Source of the DNA: an uncultured Chlamydiae bacterium
GTDB taxonomy: Bacteria > Chlamydiota > Chlamydiia > Chlamydiales > SM23-39
Reading direction: 5' to 3'
Assembly: GCA_963828125.1 (NCBI GenBank)
Contig: CAWHDP010000002.1
Span: forward strand, 1,120,001-1,184,000
DNA length: 64,000 nt
The position numbers and the translations under genes are program-made. The notes beneath the pieces were generated by a model. That model worked only from the letters and a program-made list of their open reading frames with translations, had not been told where the DNA came from and did not search any database. Of the stretch, positions 9,640-19,289 are shown one piece after another (the stretch's first letter is position 1; each line of letters starts with the position of its first letter).

Positions 9640-10812
9640 TCAGAACCGGAAGATCTTTTTCTTCAGCAGAAAAAAGAAAGACCCCTTGACCTCTTCAAGA
9701 GCCACGAGATCCCCTTTTTGGAGCAAAGCCCCCTGCTCATCCAATACATGGATCTCTCCCACCTTTTGCCCCTTGGCAACCGGCGCCTCTAAAACAGCCC
9801 AATGCAAAGCCGCCTTGCACCGCGGCTCCTCGGATGGGAAAAAAGAGATGGCAACAGGCTTCATAACCACCGCCTTCAAATCCGATTTGGATCCAGCCAC
9901 CTGTCTTCTAAATACAGTTTCCGGCCCGACGAGCCGCCTCGTCGCTTTCTCCTCCGCAAATGCTTTTTCGAACAGCTTTTTCGCATCCTCAAACCGGTCC
10001 CCTCTCTGTTCACACCCCAAAAGCACTGCAATCAATCGCCTCCCATCGTGTTCAGCCGCCGCCACTAAACTATGTTGCGCCGCCTGCGTGTAACCCGACT
10101 TCACTCCGATCGCCTTTGAGTAATAATAACGGCTCGCCGGTCTCATCAACGGATTGGTCAATTTGAGTTCCGAGGCAGGTTGCTTATTTGTAGCCGGCCT
10201 CATAAAGCAGAGAGTCGATACGATCTGTCGAAATTTCGGAATTTGGAGAGCTTTTCGCGTCATCAACGCCAAATCATAAGCCGTTGTCCAATGTTCTGGA
10301 TGAGTGAGCCCATGAGGGTTGGTGAAATTCGTATTTTTACAGCCGATCTCCTTCAGATATCCGTTCAATAAATCCATGAATTGAGGGATCGTCCCCCCTA
10401 CATGCTCCGCAATGACATTGGCCGCATCATTTCCCGACACGAGCATCAGACCGTGAAGGAGCGATTCAAGCGTGAGAATCTCGCCCACCTTGATCCGCAT
10501 CATCGTCCCATCGCTCTCAAGCCAGTGAGGGGAAATCTTATTTTTCCCATGAACCGCCCCCCCTTTTTGCGATTCCCTGCTCACAGTGGCAAATTGGTTC
10601 AAATCGATATTGTGCGCCAAAACATAGAGCGCGGTAGCGATTTTGGTCGTGCTGGCCGGATTGGCCTGCTCATGAGCCCCTTTTTCGAAGAGGACAGCTC
10701 CAGTATCAGCATTCATCAAAATCGTTGAACGGGCCCGCACCTCAATGTCGAGAGGCGCCGATTGAAAGGTCAGCGCAGGGGACAAAAACAGCAAGATCAA
10801 CAGAGGGCGCAT
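9640..10812 (-). CDS. D-alanyl-D-alanine carboxypeptidase (peptidase S11, PBP5/6-like)
   Basis: PASTTK (SxxK), SGNDAA (SxN), NPHGL, KSGYT (KTG-type) motifs and a signal peptide. Confidence 0.92.
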   Translation of the reverse strand: MRPLLILLFLSPALTFQSAPLDIEVRARSTILMNADTGAVLFEKGAHEQANPASTTKIATALYVLAHNIDLNQFATVSRESQKGGAVHGKNKISPHWLESDGTMMRIKVGEILTLESLLHGLMLVSGNDAANVIAEHVGGTIPQFMDLLNGYLKEIGCKNTNFTNPHGLTHPEHWTTAYDLALMTRKALQIPKFRQIVSTLCFMRPATNKQPASELKLTNPLMRPASRYYYSKAIGVKSGYTQAAQHSLVAAAEHDGRRLIAVLLGCEQRGDRFEDAKKLFEKAFAEEKATRRLVGPETVFRRQVAGSKSDLKAVVMKPVAISFFPSEEPRCKAALHWAVLEAPVAKGQKVGEIHVLDEQGALLQKGDLVALEEVKGSFFFLLKKKIFRF

Positions 10813-10829
10813 CAGACAACTCCATTCTC

Positions 10830-11068
10830 TTCAAAAGGGCAGTTTTAACTCGGGAATCGCACAGATCATAAACCCATCAAATAAGGGCGCCGTGAAAGCA
10901 ATTTCGCCATAAGCCGGACTGTAGGTCATCCCCTTTTTGATTAAATCGGCCCGAATCGGACAAATCGCCAATGTCCAGTTTAAAGAAATTTTTATCGATC
11001 TGAGCGATCACTATACTGCGGTGGAGAAAATAGGGGTAGCCTTCCGTCAACCGATACATCTCTCCCAA
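10830..11068 (-). pseudogene. Degraded remnant of an AAA-type ATP-binding protein (C-terminal pieces)
   Basis: Fragments EMYRLTEGYPYFL and IAQIDKNFFK, then in another frame PIRADLIKKGMTYSPAYGEIAFTAPLFDGFM. From memory these resemble the C-terminal region of a widespread ATP-binding protein family, with large internal deletions. Confidence 0.55.
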
Positions 11069-11156
11069 AGCAGATTTACCATCGAATTATAGTCACTTAT
11101 AGCTAAAAATCGATATAAGTTGCCATAACCTACGCAAGCGATTTGTAATAAAGCAC

Positions 11157-11813
11157 TTACACATCAGCAAACGGGGGCGGTGAGTCGAAGGTCAACACCT
11201 CTTTCGTCACAGGATGCTCGAACGCAAGCTTCGCAGAGTGGAGGTGAATGGCAATCCCATCACCCGCTTGGGCGCCATAGCGCTCATCGTGGAGGATAGG
11301 GTACCCTTCAGCGCCGAACTGGGCCCGGATTTGATGGTAGCGGCCCGTCTCCAGCTCAATCGATATGAGGGTAGTGTGGGGCCTAAAATGGAGTACATTG
11401 TAAGTGAGGCGGGCATGCTTAGCCCCTTTATCGCTCTGTTTGGCGATGAGGGCTCGATGGTCGCCGTGGATCAGGTAGTGATCGAGCCGCCCTTCTTTAG
11501 CAGGGAGAATCCCCTCTACTTCGGCGATGTAAATTCTCTGAATCTCTTGATTGCGGGACTGCTCATTGAGCCGACTCAGCGCCTTACTCGTGCGGGCAAA
11601 AAGGACAAGGCCGCTGACCGGCTTGTCTAAACGGTGAACCGCATGAAGGTAGACCGCTCCCGGCTTATTGTACTCTTGCTTGACCCAAGCTTTTGCAAAT
11701 GTCTCAAGAGAGTCCCCTCCCGACTCATCAGGCTGAGTGAGGAGGCCGGGAGGTTTGGACGCTACGAGGAGATGATTGTCACAGTAGATGATTTCGATGT
11801 TTGACGGCTTCAT
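11157..11813 (-). CDS. RluA-family RNA pseudouridine synthase
   Basis: KPPGLLTQ, VHRLDKPVSG (catalytic Asp), LETGRYHQIRAQ, LHS motifs. Confidence 0.93.
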   Translation of the reverse strand: MKPSNIEIIYCDNHLLVASKPPGLLTQPDESGGDSLETFAKAWVKQEYNKPGAVYLHAVHRLDKPVSGLVLFARTSKALSRLNEQSRNQEIQRIYIAEVEGILPAKEGRLDHYLIHGDHRALIAKQSDKGAKHARLTYNVLHFRPHTTLISIELETGRYHQIRAQFGAEGYPILHDERYGAQAGDGIAIHLHSAKLAFEHPVTKEVLTFDSPPPFADV

Positions 11814-11896
11814 ATAGTAAGATTATCCATTTTATGGAATAACGGAGAATCATTTTTTTCCCTATACAGCTCTAAAAGTTATTATTGGACGACCCC

Positions 11897-11941
11897 TAAC
11901 CCGCATTTCTCACACAGAGGATGTGTGAGAAATGCGGGCTA
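11897..11941. repeat. 45-bp palindromic mini-element (terminal inverted repeats of the 25553-26145 element)
   Basis: TAACCCGCATTTCTCACACA-GAGGA-TGTGTGAGAAATGCGGGCTA: a 17-bp perfect stem matching the ends of the repeat units at 25.6-26.1 kb. Confidence 0.9.
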
Positions 11942-12886
11942 AAGCTCCAAGCCATATGGGACGCCACTTTTTCCAAAATAAACGGCTCTGTTGGCAAAAT
12001 CGAGAAAGACGGGTCTGTCTTGGAAAAAATCCATTCCTAATATGGCTTCCACCCGAATGGGGATCTGAATGGGGAAGCGGTGAAAAACAATCGGACCAAA
12101 ATTTTCCCTCCCAATTTTAAAATAGGCATATTCTAGAATATTGTCAGATTCCCACATGACTTGATCAAGCGATTGCCCTTCCCTAACTTCAGTATTTAAG
12201 ATATTCCAAGTAGCGCCCGTATCTAACATGCAACGCAACGGTCCCTCTGGAGTGTCTGTCTCAAATTCGATAAGACCCCGTTCTAGAAAAAGAGGGGTTT
12301 TAGCAAAGCTCTCAACGGCATAGCCCTGGTTTTTTAGAGTATCCAAGCTGTCGCAGAAGGCAATTTGAGAATTTTTGATGTCGATAAACAAATTAACGTT
12401 ATAAAACAACTCCCAACCGAGTCTTCCAGACTCTCTTGGGGAAGGTACTCCGCCGCTTTGAACAAATGTAGAGTCATTAACGAATGCCTCCGTCTCTTCC
12501 TGTAACATCGGTTTAAAAAAAGTCATCTTTCCTATCTTCATTTCTGGAATTCGATAGAGATTGGTTGAATATTCTTTTCCTCTAATACCATACATTGTTT
12601 TTTCACGAATAAACTCTTTAGATGAAACGAGCTCGATAAATTGTTTTGTAAGAGTTACATCTCCTTGATATCCCAAATCGAGTTCCATAGAAAACTGTTT
12701 ACCCTCAACGTCTACCCACATACAGGGAGACTGAATCGAGGAAAATTTAGTGATCGGAATAGATACAAAAAAGACGGGCTTTTTTAACTGGGTGGATTTT
12801 TCGGTGAATACTGCATCTGGTTTTTGTGAAATTGTACAGCTATAAGTGAGAAAACAAAACAAAACCACTAGCCTTTTAAATATCAT
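11939..12886 (-). CDS. Retropepsin-like (clan AA) aspartyl protease with two lobes, possibly a lipoprotein
   Basis: MELDLG...GRLGWELF (lobe 1, degenerate) and CMLDTGAT...AILGMDFF (lobe 2); N-terminal hydrophobic stretch ending TYSC; AT-rich. Confidence 0.72.
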   Translation of the reverse strand: MIFKRLVVLFCFLTYSCTISQKPDAVFTEKSTQLKKPVFFVSIPITKFSSIQSPCMWVDVEGKQFSMELDLGYQGDVTLTKQFIELVSSKEFIREKTMYGIRGKEYSTNLYRIPEMKIGKMTFFKPMLQEETEAFVNDSTFVQSGGVPSPRESGRLGWELFYNVNLFIDIKNSQIAFCDSLDTLKNQGYAVESFAKTPLFLERGLIEFETDTPEGPLRCMLDTGATWNILNTEVREGQSLDQVMWESDNILEYAYFKIGRENFGPIVFHRFPIQIPIRVEAILGMDFFQDRPVFLDFANRAVYFGKSGVPYGLEL

Positions 12887-13020
12887 AGCCTTTCCTATGC
12901 AGAGTGGGGGATTTCTCCCCCATTTTTTTTGTACAAGCGCCTACTCTGATGAGTCTGAATCTTCATCATGGGTAGCCGAGACAGTCGCACTTCCGGATCC
13001 ATCGCTATTGACTTCAACTG

Positions 13021-13878
13021 TTACTTCAATTGTAAAGAATTTTCTACTGGACACTGATCAGATCCAGGCGGTGTTCGCCTATCTCGATGATTGCGCTGTC
13101 TGACGACTTCATAAAGCAGGATCGTGGTTGCAGAAGCGACATTGAGCGAATCGGCGACGCCAAACATCGGAATACGGACGGCGATATCCGCCTGTTTCAT
13201 CCAAGTTTCACTCAGACCGTATTGCTCTGTTCCCACAACAATGGCTAAAGGGACTCTCAAATCGACTTGGGTAAACTCCTCTTTCGCATGGGGCGTTGCT
13301 GCGAGAATCGCGATCCCATGCCGTTTGAGATAGGCAAGAGTCTCCTCACCGTTTCCCTCAATGACAGGAAGGGTGAATAGGGTTCCGACGCTGGAGCGGA
13401 CGACGTTGGGGTTATGGATATCGGTCGTCGGGTCGGAGACAATCACAGCATCGACGCCAGCAGCGTCGCACGAACGGAGAATCGTCCCCAGATTGCCAGG
13501 CTTCTCGATACTCTCAGCGACGAGGAGGAAAGGATTTTTTTTTAACTGAAGATCAGAGAGGGTTAGATGGACTTGAGGAGCCACAGCCAATAGTCCGTCA
13601 GGCCGGTCCCGATAGGAAATTTTCGCAAAAACCTCTTTCGTGCACTCAATATGTAAAGCTGCTTTACATTGATTCCTTAAACTCTCTTCATTCGATCCTA
13701 AAAAAAGCTCAGGGCAATAGAAGAGCGTCTCGATGGTGCGGCCAGCGTCGAGAGCCCTTTTGAGTTCCCGGTACCCCTCAATGATAAATAGGCCGCTCTC
13801 GTCGCGAGGCCTCCGGTCGCGCAGCTTGACCACCTCTTTAATCCTCGGATTTTGCAGACTCGTAATCAGGGCGTCCAT
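13021..13878 (-). CDS. TrmH/SpoU family RNA 2'-O-methyltransferase
   Basis: ITSLQNPRIK, FIIEG, EKPGNLGTILRS, VVGTEQYGLS, IPMFGVADSLNVA. Confidence 0.93.
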   Translation of the reverse strand: MDALITSLQNPRIKEVVKLRDRRPRDESGLFIIEGYRELKRALDAGRTIETLFYCPELFLGSNEESLRNQCKAALHIECTKEVFAKISYRDRPDGLLAVAPQVHLTLSDLQLKKNPFLLVAESIEKPGNLGTILRSCDAAGVDAVIVSDPTTDIHNPNVVRSSVGTLFTLPVIEGNGEETLAYLKRHGIAILAATPHAKEEFTQVDLRVPLAIVVGTEQYGLSETWMKQADIAVRIPMFGVADSLNVASATTILLYEVVRQRNHRDRRTPPGSDQCPVENSLQLK

Positions 13879-14666
13879 CTAGCAAAGCTCCCGCTTGGAA
13901 TCGAAAGGGCGCCCGCAGAATGGAGGGCCATTTCACCCACTTCGATCTCCCCTTTGGGCATAGTTTGTCCCAGCAAATGACGCATGCAAAGAGGGGTAAA
14001 TCCAGGTGTATGACAGGAAAAAATCACAAATAGCGGTTTTGGGGAGAGGAGCTCTCGACAAGCCCCAAGAAGGGGCATGATATCCCGCTCGATCTTGAAC
14101 ACTTCGCCCTGGCTGCCCCGTCCAAAAGTGGGAGGATCGAGGATAATCCCATCATAGAGCGACTCCCGCCTCTTTTCCCGCTTCAAAAATTTAAGGGCGT
14201 CGTCGACAATCCACCGGATCGGAGCTTTTTGCAACCCATTCAGCGCCGCATTTTCGCGGGCCCAATCGATCATCCCTTTGGAAGCATCAAGATGGCACAC
14301 TTCAGCCCCCTGCTGGGCAGCCGCTAGAGTAACGCCTCCAGAATAAGCGAAGAGGTTGAGGATCCGGCTCCCCCCTTTCACCAAAGGGCGCATCCACTCC
14401 CAAAGATCGGCATGTTCAGGGAAAAGACCCAGATGGCCAAAATCGGTCAGATCGATTTTGAACTCAACGCCGCCATGAATCGCCGTCCAAGATGTGGGGA
14501 GTTTTTTATGAAAAGCCCACTTTTCATCGCGGGTAAATACGGCATCGGCCTTTTCCTTCAAAGTGGGGCGCCAAACCGCCTGCCCGCATGGGCGAAGAAG
14601 GGTGAACTCTCCAAACCGCTCCAGTTTATGGCCATCGCCGCTATCGAGAAGTTGATAATTTTTCAT
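13866..14666 (-). CDS. Class I SAM-dependent methyltransferase (RlmI/RlmK-like)
   Basis: YQLLDSGDGHKLERFG, HLGLFPEH, LNLFAYSGG, IILDPPTFGRG. Start taken at the ATG at 14666. Confidence 0.88.
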   Translation of the reverse strand: MKNYQLLDSGDGHKLERFGEFTLLRPCGQAVWRPTLKEKADAVFTRDEKWAFHKKLPTSWTAIHGGVEFKIDLTDFGHLGLFPEHADLWEWMRPLVKGGSRILNLFAYSGGVTLAAAQQGAEVCHLDASKGMIDWARENAALNGLQKAPIRWIVDDALKFLKREKRRESLYDGIILDPPTFGRGSQGEVFKIERDIMPLLGACRELLSPKPLFVIFSCHTPGFTPLCMRHLLGQTMPKGEIEVGEMALHSAGALSIPSGSFARWTP

Positions 14667-15370
14667 GAAAACGTGACCGCGTTGTGTACGAGCCGCCGCC
14701 AAAGGGCGCCCAAAGTCAATGAGACCGCAAGCTCAATGGCAAGAACTCTCTCTTTCGGAGCATGCACCACCCCAGCATCTATGGGAGAGCCCCTCTGCCC
14801 AATGGCGATGTAAATCGTCCCGACCGGTTTTTCTTGCGTCCCGCCGCCAGGTCCCGCAATCCCCGACACAGCCGCCGCATAATCGGCGTCTGTTTCGCGA
14901 AACAACCCCTCAACCATCTCAGTCACCGCCTCTTTACTGACAGCCCCTTTCTGCTTCAAAGTGGTGCGGGAGACCTGCAAAAACCGCTCCTTCCACGCAT
15001 TCGAATAGGCGACGATCGAGCCAAGGAGGAATTTCGAAGCGCCGGGAATGGCGGCAAGCCTCGAGGCGATCGATCCGCCCGTGCAACTCTCCGCTAAGCC
15101 GACCGTTTTTTTTCGATCGATAAAAGCTCGGTGCAACACCTCTTCAAGACGCCCTTCGCCATAAAAAAAGGTGGAAAATTTTTCTTGGAGAGCTTCGACA
15201 AGAGGATCGAGCGGCTGAGCGCCTTGAAACATCACTTGCACAGCGCCGCTAGAAGGGAAAAGGGCCATCTCCACCTCCGGGTATTTTTTTTTCAGCTCGC
15301 TCAAAAACGGAGCCACCTCTTTTTCGTTCAGTAGACACAAAGAGCATTTCCGGATGAATTCAGCCTGCAT
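14663..15370 (-). CDS. CinA C-terminal domain protein / nicotinamide-nucleotide amidohydrolase (PncC-like)
   Basis: AESCTGGSIA, PGASKF, YSNAWK, GAVSKE, SGIAGPGGGT-KPVGT motifs. Confidence 0.88.
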   Translation of the reverse strand: MQAEFIRKCSLCLLNEKEVAPFLSELKKKYPEVEMALFPSSGAVQVMFQGAQPLDPLVEALQEKFSTFFYGEGRLEEVLHRAFIDRKKTVGLAESCTGGSIASRLAAIPGASKFLLGSIVAYSNAWKERFLQVSRTTLKQKGAVSKEAVTEMVEGLFRETDADYAAAVSGIAGPGGGTQEKPVGTIYIAIGQRGSPIDAGVVHAPKERVLAIELAVSLTLGALWRRLVHNAVTFS

Positions 15371-16043
15371 AGACGCCAATCTTCTGCTCAATCAGTTGAG
15401 GATGGCGATGGATCCACGGAAAGCAATTCTTTCCGAGCCGAATCGGGACATTCGTCCGTCTGCCAGCAGCTACAAACGGAGTCGGTCTCGTCTCGTCGCG
15501 AACCCACTGTTTGATCCCTTGAAATAGTTCGCCGTTCGGCGACTCGTCCACTTCGTGAAACTCCATCGTCTTCGGATCTTGATAAATTTGAGGGAAACTG
15601 AACTGCAATCCCCAAAAAATGCTCCCCGATCCCATCGTCATAGGCCTATAAACTTCGTCTAAAGAGGAATAGGTAAAAAAATGGGCCTGAACCTGGACGA
15701 CGGGCTTCGCCATTTTAATCAGAAAACGGTTGCCAGAGACCTGTTGCTTCCAGAGAGCGTCTCCCTCTGCAGTCCACGCGGCGGCGAGGAGACGGCGCAG
15801 CTCGGCGTCGGTTGGAAGGCCGCCCCGCTTCATCCCATCGATCCAACTCCCATATTCTTCGAGAAAATAGGCAGGGGAGACCGGTTCCCCATCCCCTATT
15901 CCCGTCAGCAGATAAATCGAAAACGGGCCGAGGCGAGTCAATAGTTTTTGCAATTCCTCAGCATCGCAAAGAACTTGGTATTTCAAATATTTAGAGCCTT
16001 GATAAAGCCCTTCAGACTGAGGAGTTGAGATGCGCAACGTCAT
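15360..16043 (-). CDS. Conserved hypothetical protein (227 aa)
   Basis: Long ORF overlapping the lspA stop and the cinA start, i.e. operon-embedded; no recognisable motif. Confidence 0.7.
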   Translation of the reverse strand: MTLRISTPQSEGLYQGSKYLKYQVLCDAEELQKLLTRLGPFSIYLLTGIGDGEPVSPAYFLEEYGSWIDGMKRGGLPTDAELRRLLAAAWTAEGDALWKQQVSGNRFLIKMAKPVVQVQAHFFTYSSLDEVYRPMTMGSGSIFWGLQFSFPQIYQDPKTMEFHEVDESPNGELFQGIKQWVRDETRPTPFVAAGRRTNVPIRLGKNCFPWIHRHPQLIEQKIGVYAG

Positions 16044-16507
16044 AGCACCTGGATCTTTTTCAACGGAGCGGGGAACAAAAAAAGGCTCAAAATCCCGATC
16101 GTAATACAGGCGTCGGCTATATTAAAAATGGGAAACGAATACCCCCAAAAAGTGAAGTGGAAAAAATCGATCACATGGCCGTAAAGGCAATAGTCGATCG
16201 CGTTGCCGACAGCCCCTGTCAAAACCAACCAGATCGGAAGGCGCTTAGGAACAAAAAGGAGAAGAGCGAGAATAATCACCCCTCGGATCGCAAAAAGCCA
16301 TCCCGGATGACCCCCGAAAACGCCCCACGCCGCTCCCGTATTGATAATATAGTTGAGAGAACAGGTAACGCCCCCGCATGAAAAAATGCCAAAGCCCCCA
16401 AACGGATAGGGGCCGTAGCTAAGATAGGGAACCCAATGGATGGCGGCGATTTTCGTCCCGATATCCAAAACGAGGAGGAGAACAAAAATCGCAACCCATT
16501 TTTTCAT
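16040..16507 (-). CDS. lspA: Lipoprotein signal peptidase II
   Basis: LDIGTK, NTGAAWG, GAVGNAID, GHVIDF, FNIADACI. Confidence 0.95.
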   Translation of the reverse strand: MKKWVAIFVLLLVLDIGTKIAAIHWVPYLSYGPYPFGGFGIFSCGGVTCSLNYIINTGAAWGVFGGHPGWLFAIRGVIILALLLFVPKRLPIWLVLTGAVGNAIDYCLYGHVIDFFHFTFWGYSFPIFNIADACITIGILSLFLFPAPLKKIQVL

Positions 16508-16872
16508 GAGATCAACCCCTTCTCAAATCTCTCTTGCGCCTTGACAGTCATCGTCGCATAGGGAACCGCCTCTAGCCGCTTGATCGGAATCTCCTCAGAG
16601 GTGATATCGCACTGCCCGTAAGTCCCCTCTTCAATCTTCTCCAAAGCCCTGTCGATTTGTCGCACTAGACCGAATTCCTTATTGGTCACTTCGAGATTGA
16701 TATTTTTGACAAAATCGTCCGTCCCCTCATCCGCTGAATGCTGGGAATATCCCTTCGCCTCATCAGGCTGCGTCACAGCCTCTTTTGTCCCCTGCACCGT
16801 TTTCATCACTTGGGCCCTCATCTCGAGGAGCCTTTTTTTAAAGTGGTCGATTTCCGTTTTCTTGAGCGGCAT
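16504..16872 (-). CDS. dksA: DksA/TraR family transcription factor
   Basis: HSADEGTD, IDRALEKIEEGTYGQCDITSEEIPIKRLEAVPYA (non-canonical, single-Cys form); likely start MPLKK at 16872. Confidence 0.9.
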   Translation of the reverse strand: MPLKKTEIDHFKKRLLEMRAQVMKTVQGTKEAVTQPDEAKGYSQHSADEGTDDFVKNINLEVTNKEFGLVRQIDRALEKIEEGTYGQCDITSEEIPIKRLEAVPYATMTVKAQERFEKGLIS

Positions 16873-17329
16873 GAATTGTTTCCTCATTTTCCAGTTCTCG
16901 AATCGCCTCGAGCAATTCCCGAACATCTTTAAACCGTTTATAAACGCAGGCAAAGCGGATGTAGGCCACCACATCGGTCTCCTTCAACTGACGAATCACG
17001 ATATCCCCAAGTTCTTGACTTGAGATTTCACGAACCCCTTTGGCCACAAGATCGGCCTTGATCTTATACGCGATCAACCGAACCTGGTCGTGGCTCACCC
17101 TCGTATGGCGACACGCGGCGTCAATCCCATGGATCAACTTCTCCTGCTGAAAATCCTCAAAAGTCCCATCCCTTTTTTTCACCTGAAGACTCAAATCGAC
17201 CGTCTCAAACGTGGTGAATCGCTTCATGCACTGACAACACTCGCGCCGCCTACGAATGGCATTCGTCTCCACCGCATCGCGCGAATCGGTCACTTTTGAC
17301 TCTTCATGGTTGCAAAAGGGGCATCTCAC
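16838..17329 (-). CDS. nrdR: Transcriptional repressor NrdR
   Basis: MRCPFC, VTDSR, IRRRREC, RFTTFE, ATP-cone, VAYIRFACVY. Confidence 0.97.
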   Translation of the reverse strand: MRCPFCNHEESKVTDSRDAVETNAIRRRRECCQCMKRFTTFETVDLSLQVKKRDGTFEDFQQEKLIHGIDAACRHTRVSHDQVRLIAYKIKADLVAKGVREISSQELGDIVIRQLKETDVVAYIRFACVYKRFKDVRELLEAIRELENEETIHAAQENGNRPL

Positions 17330-17513
17330 CCGGAACTCCTAACAGACTCTTTGCCTATTTAGGCGGTTAAAAGATTTTTGTGAACCTCTTTTCTTCGGAA
17401 GGAGAGTCTATCAGAAACAGAAATTGAAAAAAAGCCGTTTTCATAAATTCATCATAGGGTATGGCCGAGCGGGACAAATAGACCGGCAGCGCTGAGAAAT
17501 GACTAAAGCCCAG

Positions 17514-17942
17514 TTATTGGCCGATGGCGGTACAAAATTCATCATGGAGAATACTATCTTTAAGCCTCTCTTTGAGCACTTTGATGAGTCCTGGATCCTT
17601 TTGAGCCGCCTTGACGTCCTCGATGAACCCAGCCAAATCGAATTTCCGCAATCCCCGCTCCAATTTCATTTCGACCTCTTCTCGGATCATGAACGAAAAA
17701 ACAAACCAGTGTTCATCGACAACCGCATTGATCGCCGCATCCACCCCCGCATCATACAACTCTTTGCGCAAAAGTTCGGCAGGAGGGATCACAGCTCCAG
17801 GACGAGCATACTTCTCCAAAACCTTCGTCCAGACTTTCACGAGCGCTTTCCGGACAATTTTTTCATCCGTTTCCATTTTTTCACGAAGGAGAAGGTGAAT
17901 ATCTTGTTGATAAAATTTAGTGCCGCTAAGTAAAATTTCCAT
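17514..17942 (-). CDS. Hypothetical protein (142 aa)
   Basis: ORF with an AAGGAG Shine-Dalgarno just upstream; helical, charged composition. Confidence 0.6.
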   Translation of the reverse strand: MEILLSGTKFYQQDIHLLLREKMETDEKIVRKALVKVWTKVLEKYARPGAVIPPAELLRKELYDAGVDAAINAVVDEHWFVFSFMIREEVEMKLERGLRKFDLAGFIEDVKAAQKDPGLIKVLKERLKDSILHDEFCTAIGQ

Positions 17943-18038
17943 TTTACTCCTTAGTTATTTACAAGATCATAACAAGATGAATGATTTTAAACTATACGCA
18001 AATTAAGTACGATCGTACGTAGAAATAAATTGATATAG

Positions 18039-19049
18039 TCATCTTAACATGGGGCTGTACTCCCTCAAAGCCACAGTCCCAATGGGAGCATGTTCGAAGC
18101 TAGTATCGCTAACGCCTGGGCCATCCTCGTCCCCCCTCTGCACAACCAATGGGAATTCCACTGCCTCCCCGTTTGCATTATGAGTATGCGTATCTTTACA
18201 GTGGGTATACGTCCAGAGATGATCGGGTAAAAAGTTCTCCCTCGAACGGGTCTGTTCAGAGAAGAGAGCGGTAACGATCTCTCCGGCCTCCGGCATTCTA
18301 TAATCCGGACCCAGGAGTTGTTTCTGTTGGTCATAGGAGAGATTTATACTGCGATCCAAAATATATGTACTTATATAGACATAATACGCTTTACCCTTAC
18401 GATTTACGGGTTGATTGGCCAAAACCTCCCAAATGTATGCATATCCAGCCCCCCCTCTGGATATCACAGCCGCTTCCAGAGTCTTTAAAGTAGCCAATTC
18501 TGTCTGAATGGAAGCCGGAGTCGCGGTCTTCGGGCCAAAATATTTCCATTTTTTTTTCCATGTAATCACACGTACTCGGGCAGGCATAAGAACGAACACT
18601 CCAGTCTCTCTCATCGTCCTCTTCGGCCAAAATCGGCTCCGACTTTGTTCGTCTCTCCTCCAAGCGTCCGGGACAGAAGGGACATCATCCATAGCCCCCA
18701 AATATTGATGCAAAGCCCACTTCACAAATGCCGCTTTAGGAGCCTTCCCCGGAAGAATATTCAATCTCCGACATTGAGCCTGCCAAATAGCGTCTTTCTC
18801 TAGACTAGCCTTCCACGTTTTAGACACCTGCAAACAGCTGGTTAATTCAATGGGTTGCAAAAATCCTGAAAACACTTGAAAAAAGAAATCTGGAGGACTC
18901 CTCAAGGATAGCCTAGCATTCGGCGCATCGGATCGACGCCCCCCGATCCATCTCCCCATCGGAACTAAGCCCCATGCGGCCCATCCCCCGCCCCCTTCTT
19001 GGGAAGGGGGGGCGCTGCATGACTTTGCTTCAGCAGGTCGCACCGACAC
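18039..19049 (-). CDS. F-box domain protein, putative effector
   Basis: [39 protein letters not shown] matches the F-box consensus (LP-x-E...IF-x-FL...L...VSK-x-W). Start moved to the GTG at ~19049 (GAGGG SD) because the longer track ORF runs through the tRNA. Confidence 0.72.
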   Translation of the reverse strand: MSVRPAEAKSCSAPPSQEGGGGWAAWGLVPMGRWIGGRRSDAPNARLSLRSPPDFFFQVFSGFLQPIELTSCLQVSKTWKASLEKDAIWQAQCRRLNILPGKAPKAAFVKWALHQYLGAMDDVPSVPDAWRRDEQSRSRFWPKRTMRETGVFVLMPARVRVITWKKKWKYFGPKTATPASIQTELATLKTLEAAVISRGGAGYAYIWEVLANQPVNRKGKAYYVYISTYILDRSINLSYDQQKQLLGPDYRMPEAGEIVTALFSEQTRSRENFLPDHLWTYTHCKDTHTHNANGEAVEFPLVVQRGDEDGPGVSDTSFEHAPIGTVALREYSPMLR

Positions 19050-19098
19050 CAAATCAACCCTCTTTCTATTCAAAAGACTGGATTCAACCCGTCCAAAA

Positions 19099-19188
19099 TG
19101 GCGGAGGGGGTGGGATTCGAACCCACGAAACGCTTTCGCGTTTACACGCTTTCCAAGCGTGCTCCTTAAGCCACTCGGACACCTCTCC
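19099..19188 (-). tRNA. tRNA-Ser (anticodon GGA)
   Basis: GGAGAGGTGTCCGAGTGGCTTAAGGAGCACGCTTGGAAAGCGTG...GGGTTCGAATCCCACCCCCTCCGCCA, with a long variable arm and an encoded CCA. Confidence 0.97.
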
Positions 19189-19289
19189 TCAAAAAAAGAC
19201 CGGATCATGTTAACTCATCGACCAATATCTAACAAGCAGCCATTTCTTGCTTTATATCGGGAAAAAAGCGATAGTCCTAGGAAAAAACC

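Noticed and set aside
19050..19208. N-terminal extension of the F-box ORF as given in the track
   Set aside because: It runs through the tRNA-Ser gene; an SD-supported start lies at ~19049-19052.
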